From contig OX638153.1 of assembly GCA_951804945.1 (NCBI GenBank), positions 62,000,001 to 62,064,000 on the forward strand: a stretch of DNA of 64,000 bases. Reading direction: 5' to 3'. Shown here piece by piece: positions 37,801 through 49,800 of this stretch (within the stretch, counting starts at the first letter, position 1; each line of letters starts with the position of its first letter). This stretch comes from Podarcis cretensis. Taxonomy: Eukaryota. Under the pieces are notes generated by a model. The model ran no database searches, was not told the DNA's origin, and saw only the letters and a program-made list of their open reading frames with translations. The position numbers and the translations under genes are program-made.

Positions 37801-40800
37801 GCCAATTTTATAATTATTTTCTACCAGGGAACAGTTCAAAATGAATACTTTGATGAACTCTAAGGTAAAGGTAAAGGGACCCCTAGCCACTTGCAAACTA
37901 CAAGCCTCAGTTACCTGTGTTTTAATGGGCTATGTACTTTATATTGTGCTTATATTTCATTGTTAATCCTTGGCAGAAATAAAATATGACCACTTGACTT
38001 CACTAATACAATTTTCCGATACACTATCAGAACAGCCATTTTACTTGAAGTGCTCATATGACTTAACAGAATGAAATGATGGTGTGGAATTTTTCCCAAA
38101 TTGAAGGGAAAAATCTCTCTTTAATAAGAGAGCTCATTTTATGCTGAGATGAAACTGAGGCACTGGTATTCAACTTAGTTTTAATTAGAGCAGACCCATT
38201 GAAATTATGACCTAGAGCCACTGATTTCAATAGGTCTACTCTGAATAAAATTTAGCTGAATACTACTTACTGTCAATATGTTTTGCTAGTACAGCATGAG
38301 GGTGAAGAGACAGAGCTGTGGATCATGGAACCCACAGATCAAAAGTTGCCTCTCCGGTGAACAAAGCTTCAGGTCCCTACAAGCAGAATTGGAATAGAAA
38401 TTTTGACCTATTTTATAGCCTACAAAGACAATTACAATAATGTATGTGGAAGACTTTTGAAAAGTCTAAATAAACCACTACATACAGGCTAAGTATTATT
38501 ACTAGCATTTTTCATTGCCTCATCAGCTTTATCAATCAGTCATGGCCTTGTTCACCAGTGCTCCCAAATCCCAATTATAGACACATCTTGCTCAATCCAT
38601 GAGACTTCAACTTACTTTTGCTGTAAGTTTAAGTTTAAAATGTTTCTGTTGAGAGGATAGTAGTTCTATACTGTAGATTGCATTATTTTTTCATTTATCA
38701 CCATCATCAACAACAATAATAATTTTTACTTGTTAGTCACTTGCTACATAAAGTCTCTAATCAACTTGAGACATAGGCATGGCATAATATCAGGAACATA
38801 ACAATAAAAACCATTATAATGACTCATGTGCAAGCTTAGCAAAACAGCAAAAACAGAGTGGCCAAGTACAACATATGCAGGAGATAAGCATCTGATTAGC
38901 TCTACACAATCAGTGAACTCTACTCCACATTTTGTCATAACTGACTGATTGTAAATATCTTAGGTGCTGTAGTACTATAAAACAGTGCAACTACTTTTGA
39001 TGACTGGCCCATGACTAATTTGTGTGTTTTTTATTTAACACATTTTTTATATAGCTTGATTGTAATTAATCTCAAAGCAGTTTAATACACCTCACCCCAA
39101 GGAAGCCACCCTACACATTTGTAAAGAATATATTTCAATCAAATTTATTATCATAACTATGCCTGTAGTAAGCATGTATCAAATTACAATGCAATCATTT
39201 TCGCATTTTTCCTGAAGGGGAATACTAATGTCTAAGTATTTGGAAAAAACAAAATAAAAAAATTCCTTCCAGTAGCACCTTAAAGACCAACTAAGTTAGT
39301 TCTTGGTATGCACACTTCTTCAGATAGCGCCCCCACCAGAAGTTGTTATTTTGAAATAAGATATCTGGATCCCATTCAGAGAGAAACAAACAACACACAA
39401 TGATTGTGAAACAAGATGGACCAAATATGTTTCAATTTTACCATCAATATTAGATCAGATCTGGTGCTCTGTGACTATGTCATTCAGCAGTTACCCCAGT
39501 TTAACCTCTCTTTTCAAATATGCCAGCATCCTTTCTCTCACATTTTTCATTTCATCTAGTCTCTAGCAAATAGTGAGACACCATGATTGAATATTTTGCT
39601 TTCTTTTATGTTTGTTAATTTTAAAGCTATGGGCTTTTTCTGCTATAAGAGAAAAACTCATAAAAAGCACAGGGATTGATCTTTTATTTTCTGAGATACT
39701 CAATATTTGTAACTCTACAGGAACCCAAGCTGCCACACTACAGTATTAGAAACATGATTAAGGACACATAACAAAAGCCTCACTGCAGTTTCCCTTTTGG
39801 CAAATTGGGTTTAGAGTTGATTTTTTTTCCTCAGGACTTCTCTCGGCTTATATAATTGCATAATATTTTCCGTATTATTCTCTATCCCCTTTTTAATACA
39901 GCTTTACAACAGCAGTGGCCTGAGTATGTTCAGCAGAAGAGGCTATATCCCAGGTACCACAATTCTAGACAATAAAAATATCATGGTTGGTAGCAGTAAA
40001 CATATTTAGGTAGAAAACCCCACAAGAGCTTATAATGAGGAAATTTTAATTTATTATATTTGATATGACAGCCTTCAGATGGCCACCAAAAGAATATATA
40101 GAACATTTATAATATTAATAATAGCTTTGATAGTGTGCTTTGCTTAAATATTAAACACATATTTGCTAAAGTTACAGAACACACCTCTGAATTTCAGAAA
40201 ATTAAGACTTGCAGTGCTCCTTCACTATCAAACTAACCACTAGACCCACAAATAAACCTGAGAAGTCAAAAAGTTTGGCTTACGTTTCTAAATTATCATC
40301 AAAGAAGGATCCAACATTAATTTTTGTAGGTAATCATTATCGTACAATGGAAGCAGTGGCAAACCTGGCTCTCCAAAGTTACTTTTCTCAGAACTGCATG
40401 TTTAAAGACCCCCTTGGCTAGCTGCAGGTAGCGTCTGGTCCACTGCCAATGTGTCAGAATCTCTAAACATCATCTGAACTACAGATAAACAAGCATCCAA
40501 CAGTTTTGTTTCTTTTCATTTTCAGAAGATGAGGACAGAAGCGATAGAAGGCAACAACACCAAACCTAGTGCTCCTCTCCTGGCCCAACGATACCCAAGA
40601 ATGGTCACCAAAGATGGACACAGCACACTACAAATGGATGGTGCCCACGGGAAAGGCCTGGCATACCTAAAAGATGCTTGGGGGATCCTTATGGATATGC
40701 GCTGGAGATGGATGATGCTGGTATTTTCTGCTTCTTTTGTCCTCCACTGGCTTGTCTTTGCAGTTCTCTGGTACCTACTAGCAGAAATGAATGGGGATCT

Positions 40801-43800
40801 GGAGATCGATCATGATTCTCCACCTGAAAACCACACTATTTGTGTAAAGTATATCACAAGCTTTACAGCTGCTTTTTCTTTCTCACTGGAGACACAGCTC
40901 ACTATTGGTTACGGCACAATGTTCCCAAGTGGAGACTGTCCAAGTGCAATTGCCCTGCTTGCTATACAAATGGTACTGGGTCTGATGCTGGAGGCCTTCA
41001 TCACAGGTAATTCCATACTATTTCATAACCTAGTGCTTTTATGTTATAGTTTAAATAAGAGCTTTGTCATAAAGCTACAGCAAGAAAGCAAGGATAGGGC
41101 TATGTCACTCAGCATTCTGAAAAATACTGTTCTTTGACGAGGATGTATTTCCACTTTACAGTATGAAAAGAATTATTAAATAACAACTTGTACTAAACAT
41201 CTAAATAGGTGATTTAGTTCTTCCCAAATGCATGCTTTAGTTCAAAAAGCTTTTATTACATTATTTTTAAAAGTGTGATTAGTTAGTAGAATTAACTGCC
41301 CATACACATTTGCATAGTTTAAAGCTAACAGATGAATCCTTAGGAGCTTTACCAATAAATGAACATCTACATAGTTCAATGAAGTATTACCATAAGTATG
41401 CTTAGGACTGCAGCAAAAACTTTTTACTGATAAGTTTTCAATGAATATCAGAGAATTTTCAAACCCTGCTATGTTTTATTGAAAATAATTTTAAATGAGT
41501 TAATAAATAAAACTGTTCTATATTACTAAAATAAAATTTGCTATATAATAAATGAAGCTTATAACAAAATAAACCTACTAAGAGATTACTTAGCAGACTG
41601 TTAGCCTGAAATGGTAAATCATAAAGCAGAGACTGTGGGTCTTATTTTGTCAAAAGCATATGTCATTATTCAAGTTCACAAAGATGGTGGAAAATATTTT
41701 AATGAACACCTGATTTAAAAAACATTTACTATAAAAAGTATTTTTGTGGTTTAGGAAATTAATGTGATGGACCTGAATAATGTGGGAACCATCATTAAAA
41801 ATGTGAAATACTTATGCTAATAATAAATGTTGTGAACCTAATACAGTGCAACTTGCTTTAATTGTTTCCTTTCAATATACTATAAAGGGAATCAGGAAAC
41901 TATAATTATGCGCACAATCTATATGTAAATTCTCTTTTTATTTAGGTGCATTTGTAGCAAAAATTGCCCGTCCAAAGAATCGAGCTCTCTCCATCCGGTT
42001 CACCTATTCTGCTGTAGTGACACACAAAGAAGGAAAGCCATATCTAATGTTCCAAGTGGCCAATACTCGCCCAAGCCCACTCACCAGTGTTCGGATTTCT
42101 GCAGTTCTTTATGAAGAACAAGAAAATGGTCAGTTGCATCAAACCAGTGTGGATTTCCATCTAGACAGCATCACTTCAGAAGAGTGCCCTTTCTTTATCT
42201 TTCCTTTAACCTATTATCATCCCATAACTCCATCTAGCCCTCTAGCCATTCTTCTGCAAAGGGAGGCTCATCAACATTTTGAGCTAGTAGTCTTCCTTTC
42301 TGCCACACAAGAGGGCACTGGAGAAACATGCCAGAGGAGGACATCCTATCTTCCATCAGAGATCATATTACACCACCATTTTGCCTCCATGTTGGTTCGA
42401 GGTGCTAAAGGGGAATATCAGATCAAGATGGAGAATTTTGACAAGACAATCCCAGAACTTCCAGCTGCAGACTCTAAAAGTTCAAAGAGGACTGACATGG
42501 AGATCCGCATCAATGGGCAGCACATTGACAGCTTCCAGATCTGTGAGACTCATCTGACTGAATAGACTTTGAATGTGATGCCAGCTTGTTTTTGTTTTCA
42601 ACAATTGGATTAGACTACCACACCAATGTTTTCACTTTCCTCTCTATTTTATTGTGCTCTTTTTGTTCTCTCAATATCTTTGACTTCAGAACAGTTCACA
42701 GAATAAAGAGCATAGCATCCATGTAACTGGATGAGCCACTAGAGTAACTGCACAAAAACAGAGTCAGGGACAAGAAACACTGCACAAATTATGGGAAAAC
42801 AGAACTGCTACCTGCTGAATTCACAAGACTATGATTAAAACTGCACTGACCCTGAAACAAGAGACTTCCAGACTCAAGACAGCTTGTCAAAATTCTAATT
42901 AAATGACATTAAGGTAAACACTGTGGCATTGTAGTAGAACTAAGAAAAAATTCACCTGAAAAGGCCAAGATCCCTCAGATCTGTTGAATCAGTCCTCTCG
43001 TGCTATACAGTTACAACAGAATATGCTGATGTCTAAACATGCTATGAAGAATGTTGCTAGTATTTTCTGTGGCAATGAAGTTGCAATCCTGCTGTGCTTG
43101 TTTATTAAGGAAAATCACAAGCATTTGCTGAAGCTTTGTTCCAGCAGCTAAGAACAAGTTCAACACCCGTAGGCACTTTCGTGATGAAAGTGAATGGCAA
43201 GAATTTTTACATGTATTGGACTTAAACATTCTATATTGGAACTATTTTCATACGGAGAAACATGCAATAAATTTAGCAGACAACAGGAATTCATCGATCT
43301 CTTTTTGCAATTCTCCTCTCAAGGATAATCAACACCTCATGTCTGCCTTGTTGCAAGTCAAAATCTAATTACTCCTGTCATCAGAAAGATCCACTGCTTC
43401 CCACATTTATTGCAGTTTCTTTCCAAAATAACCATTCAGTTAATAAAAACAGAGATAAAATGCATGACTGTGTAAAATAATTGTACAAACATGAATATAA
43501 TTATGAGACATTGAACATAAGGCTCTATGCCACGTTGAATCATGATTATTACCAGAACCAATTACAAGAACTAATGGTTGTTGTTTTTTAAAAAAAAAAT
43601 TAAAATGAACCAAGTTTTTAAATGGTCCAGAGGGCCACGTTTATGGCTTCTTCACATTTGTTTAGCTAAGGGCACTAACTACTCTGCACTCAAAACCAAG
43701 GAAGAGCATCATCAAAATCACTAAATACTTGTATGTTCAAGGATAATTAAAAGGCTCTTCTCAGAAAACATTGCATAGGTATCAATACTTTACTTTAATA

Positions 43801-46800
43801 CTGACTTGTGGTTATGAAGAGCCTGGCATTTTTTAGCTCTTGAATGTGGATAAACATATTTATATGTATATACTAGTGTGGATGTTAAGATTTGTTACCA
43901 AATCATAGAGTATTTTCTAAGAAACTCTCTCTTACTTCTCCCAAATCTAAAAAATGGTTTTGTGCCTGATTATAAAGATTTGGATGTTGTAGTCAACTGA
44001 GACATGGTGGGGCTAATGGTGCTAGCTGCCAATTCACAGCTGCTAAAAGGCAACTCAAAGAACCAGCATTTTACTAACATTACTAATGTTGATGTTCTAT
44101 GTAAGCAATACTAGAGTAGTCAGCATATACGCAGATGGGAATAAGTGTATTTTTGTAACTGAAAGTAAGAAAGCAGGGGGTCATGCAATCTCTGTGTTAG
44201 AAATAGTTCGTTTTTGGAACATAATCACATCATAGCACTAGACCCTTGTGATCTCTTACACTGTAAGACATACAGGGTTGTTGAACTATTTCTTCCCTTG
44301 TCTGTGCCGAGGCTTTAATCTTTTCATTCACAGTGTACTGTAATAATGGATTAGCCCAATGCAGAGACCGGAGAGTAATAGCAATCACTACCTTGGATTA
44401 ATATACATTAAATTGTATTTGTACTCACTTTATTCTTTGTCCAGCATAGTCACTTAAAAAAATTCTCTCGCTTTGACAGCATTATTAACCACACAAAGTG
44501 AAGCTTATCCCCCCCCCCAATTCTCTAATATTTAAATTTTTGTGGGAGGCCCCACAGCTTAACGTATTCCATGTGCACAATAAAACTAATGCAAAACTTC
44601 ACTCAAAAACTGAACAATCCAGTCAGGATGTAATGTACTTGCAATGTACTTTTCTACATAAAAAAGGGTATGTGCTGTGCCTTTATGGGTTTTTCCTGCC
44701 ATGTTAGTTCAATTTAGAGGGGCAAATTATTCTTGTAAGCCAATAGTTTTGTGTGCAAGGTACTGTAGGACTGATATTATACTACTGCTTCAAAAATTCA
44801 GGAAAGACAAGCTGCATATATTTAAGTACAATATACAGTACAAGGTATGCAGTTCAGTTAGACCACTTCAGCACTGAGCATATTGCTAGAAATAAACTGC
44901 CAATAGACAGAACCTACAGCTAACCATCCATATTAAAAACAAGCATCTTAGCTCCCAACAACCATCTGCATCCTACCTCCACTGCACTCTCCGTTGGGAC
45001 ACTGCAAATTGCAACAGGTATTTCTTCTACCCATAACTTACTGAAAAAACATGAGCAGAGATTGGCAATGCTCACATGTATCACTCAACCTTGGCTAAAC
45101 CATGGTTTAGCATTACAAACCACAGCAAGCTTCATATTCACCTCTCCTCCTCAGGTGCAGCCATGAGGAAGGGTTGAGAAACTTTCATTTCAGATTTAGA
45201 CTTCAGCTTGTTGTGGTCCAAATGTGGACAAACTGTGGTTAGTCTTAGCCATGGTTAGTGGAAACAAGCCAACTTCAAACCATGAGTTATGAAGTTGGAT
45301 TGTTGTCACCAGCTTCAATTAAGAATGATCACAGTTTGTGGTTCAGATAAAATGCTAAACTGTGGTTAATAAAAACATATATGGAAGCTTCCTCCTCATG
45401 GTCATGGAAGAGGAGAAAACACAAGCCCTAGGTTTGCCATGGCTTGAACTCATACCACTAAACCATGGTTAGCTTTACAAGCCATCTCTTGACAAGTTAG
45501 ATGCCTATACAAAACCCCACAAAGTCCTACAGCTTCAGTGGGATGGACTTTGGGTATCATAATTTTGAAGATTAACCTATCTTACAGAAATGTGGAAGAA
45601 AAATTAGAGAAGGAATTGTAAATCATCTTATGCCCTGAAATGCCTTATAAAAACGATATAAATTACTTTTAGGAGCCTAAATATTAACTCATAGCTATAG
45701 AGAGAAAAATGTTATTAAGTTCAGATAGTGTCCAAGAAACAAAATGATTTAAATCTATGTATGACTGAAAGCCAGAGGAATTGGAAATATGCCTTCTAAT
45801 TCTGTGTTACCAACGTCGTAAGAACTAAAATAGAACAGCACAACAAAATAACTTAGATGCTTTAAAGGGGATTCAAAGGGCATTAAAACAGATGGCGATT
45901 CATACAATTTTCAAGTTTTGATCACCATAGAAATCTGGCACTGTTACAAAATTCAGAGTATATATATTAGAAGAATCTCCTAACAAAGAACAGCAAGCTG
46001 CAGTTAAGCACTCAAATCCTATTGACTTTCAGAAAGAGTGCTTGGTGGCTATTAGCACCTTTAAAATTCCTCAGAAAAGCCAAGTTCCTTTCTTCAACTT
46101 GAGAAACCAGTTCACCAAAAACATTAGGAAAACAACAGGCCCCTATTTCACAATACAAATGACCTAGTTCACACCTAATGATAAACTATGGTTTAGCATG
46201 ATGAGGATGAGCTGCAGTAAGTCTTGGGCTTGCACATTTTTATCTTCCCAAGCATGGCCACAAAGCAATGCTATGAGTAATCTATGATTAATGAAAGTAA
46301 GCTAGTTTCATAGCCCATGGTTTGAAGTTGTCCTGTATAGTTAACACTAACTTGTAGTTTGTTCAGGTTTGAAGGTCACCATAGCTATGATTAGTTTAAA
46401 ACAAAAGTAAAAGCCTGAGGCTCACTCTCATAGCACTGTGTAGAAAGGGCGAGGTGCAAGTTTCTCCTCTCAATTCCTTTCTCATTTTTTCAGAGAACTA
46501 GGAAACAGGGGAAGGGGCAGGAAGAAGCACAGGCTATCTGCACTGTAGGTTGCCTGTATATAATAAACTAACTCCTATAGACACCATCATTTTTTGGACT
46601 ACCTGATCCAAGCCAACGAGTTGTAACTTTTATGCAACTGGGGTGGGGGAATTATGGACTAACTGGGAAGGGGTATTAGAGAATTGTTTTTTAAAATGTT
46701 ATCTTGCATTACACTGCAAAAATGCTCAGAAAGCAAACTACTTGAGACGTAACATGGCATGATCCAAAACTTTACTTTGGTCTTGTCACCACTGAATGCA

Positions 46801-49800
46801 TCCAATGGCTTGCCAGAGCAAATTTCAGCACACAATTTAGCAAGTAATTTTTAATCCCATTGACCTCATTACAGCCCAAAAATTGGCTGTGTGGCAGAGC
46901 AATCTTGTAGCATGACCAGCTCTAATGGGCATATGATTCACTATGTACCCCAGCCAACTTGAGGTCATGTGAATTGACCCTTAAAATAGCCTGCTGCTTT
47001 CAACAAGATGTGTATTATGAAAAAAAAACACAAAGTTTTTTGGTCACTAAAAAATAAAAGTTCAGTATTGTGCTTTAAAATAATTATAATGTAACTCTAA
47101 ATGAAGTAGTACACAATTTATAACTCCCCCCCCCCAAAAAAAAAAACCTCACTCCAATTCATACAGGCCAGGCTCTAATCCAGTTCCTAAAAATGTTGGC
47201 CTATTTTGTAAAAGCACATATCTAATCCCATTTCCTAAAGATGCTGGCCTATGTGTGCATATGATTTTGATAATTTCAGATTTAGACACTGAATCTTAAT
47301 TTATTACTAATAAAACAAAATATAGATATCCATACCATTTAAAAAACAACAAAAAACAACCCACATACCTGGTTCTTTTCGGCCTGGTTTTTCAAACCGC
47401 CTGTCCCCCCTAAAAAGGCAAAATAGCAAATTACCAAAGCATTTGGAAACACTTAAGACAGGGAATGGATCACAATTATTTCTGTGATGTACGAATAACA
47501 AGTTGAAATAATGTTTATTAATAGCATACTCTGGACAGAATATATATACAGATATAGGTATCAGAACAGGTAACAAAAGTCATTTTGAAGACCAACCTTT
47601 AAAAACGTGCGTTACTGGTGTATTTCTACTATCCATTTGCCCTAACGATCAATGTTTTGTTATATTATTGAAGTTCTTAATAATATTTGTTATTGTCAAT
47701 GCATGCATCCTATTTTAGTGCATACTAATGTTCCACGAATATCAATCTATATTAGCTTGATGACACTAATTTACTTGTCTCATTTTAAAAAATCTGATCT
47801 TGATCAAACTAGGGTAAGTTTATAAAAATATAACACATATGAAGGGAAATCCCCACTGGTTAACTAATATTTGCTTGTTGGAAAAATATAGCTGATGTTT
47901 TCTCTCTCAGCATTTCAGGAAGACATCAGGAAGAATTAATTTGACCTTTTTGAGTCACAATTTGTGGATCAATTTATTTCAACCCAGTAGAATACAGTTT
48001 AGTTGTTTTAGGTTAGAATCCACTGTGCTGCTTAAGATCATTCAAGTGGTTTTGTGCTAACCCAATACAATTTGACTTGCCCCCACTCTTTGAACAGTTA
48101 AATCAAATGCCATTAACACAAACTGCTTTTGAAATTCTCCCTGGTTTCAAAAGCATTGCCTTGAAGCAGAGGCATTTGCTGTTGAGAGAAATAAGTCTAA
48201 AGTCCTCTTCTGATTACAGATCTAATTCCTTAGTTCTTTGGATACTGACCATAATCTCTTCTCTCCTAAGCAGGTTCAATTCTTCCTTGTTCTCTTAGTA
48301 ATTCCAGATAAGTACTAAGCTATGATGTCATGAAGGCTACCGATTTCAGATCTTTCTTAAATTCTACAAGGGATAATTATGTTTTGTAACTTGATTTCAT
48401 GAATCATCAATATCATCCAATAGTGCCCTGGTTCAGTTAGCTTGTTTAAGCATTTTTACCCAGCTGTTCTTATAGAAGGCTCTGTCACTCATTTTAGATC
48501 TTAGAACTTCAAAATTTATCAAAATAGCTGGACCTCTGTAGCCATTCCATACATTAATCAAGGCAAAACTAGTTTGCTATTAAACATACTTTCAAAGGGG
48601 AGTTGCTGCCAACCCTGGCTCCCCGGCAGGTGTAGTATACTCAGTTCGTGCTGAAATAGGTCAGTGCATTTGGTTGTTAACTAGAAGGTTGGTGGTTTGA
48701 GCCCACCCAGGGACAACTGTAGGCAGCATTCCTGCATTGCCAGGGGTTGGACTTGATGATCCTCAGGATCCCTTCCAACTCTACGATTCTATGAAATCTA
48801 TGGTGGCCACATCTGTGACAAGACTTCTAGAAGGACAAACTTTAGAGCAGCCAAGATTCTACCAACATAACAAGTTATCTGAGCTTCACTACAGATGCAG
48901 TCCATGCCAATGTATATGTTTATTGAATTACCTTTCCTCCCAGCTCTGGGATCTGTGCATTTCTCTGCCCCCTCCTCGTCCAAATCCACCTTCTACATCA
49001 TCAAAACTTCTTTGGTAGAAACCACTTTCTCCTCTACCTCTGCCTGAAAGACAAAATATGGTTGAGATCTTATAAATTTTACCATTTTCCTTTGGAACCA
49101 ACAAGACCAAAGCTGATTTTTGCACTTTGCCAAAGTGCCAATCTTAAGTGCCAATCTTCCTTCAAAGCGAGCTCTTAGGGAGACCAATTAGAAAATGCAC
49201 ATTGTTTGATTTTTCATAAATCAAAGGTTTATAGCAAAGCAGGTGCTGTCTTACAAGACAGGTAACTACTGGGCCATGGGTGGAATCCGAACCACAGGGA
49301 ACCATCAGTTGGTCCAGAGAAAGTGTTGAGTGCTCCTGGCACTTGTCCTATTATGACTGGCAATTCTATAAAACAGAATCAATAAATGATGTTTCCTCTT
49401 CCTCAGTCACCAGTAAATATTAAGAAAACAAAACTAATAAAGTGAGCAAACACTTAAACAAAACACTGACACTACCTCTTTTACATCTTTCTTGTACACC
49501 ATTTATTATCACTCCACTTTAGCTGAAGGACTGCAACTTTCCAGTCATATTTGCGAGTTCAGTAAGAATTTAAATTTAAAAAAGGAAAGGAATAATCATG
49601 TGTGCATTGCTAGGCAACCACACAAGCATTCCTTCTAATTTCTGAGTTACTCCCATTTTCTGCTCCCCCACCAGCATGAACCCTGCTGGAAAGTTATGCA
49701 GTTGTCACTTCTCTTAAAAGTAGTGGCAGAAACAGCACAGAAACATAGCACAGGCGTATGGCCCAATGACAACACTAGTAGTACTAGATTGCCAAATACT

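Noticed and set aside
41007-41137. C-terminal part of ORF 40529..41137
   Set aside because: Read-through into the KCNJ13 intron beyond the donor at 41006
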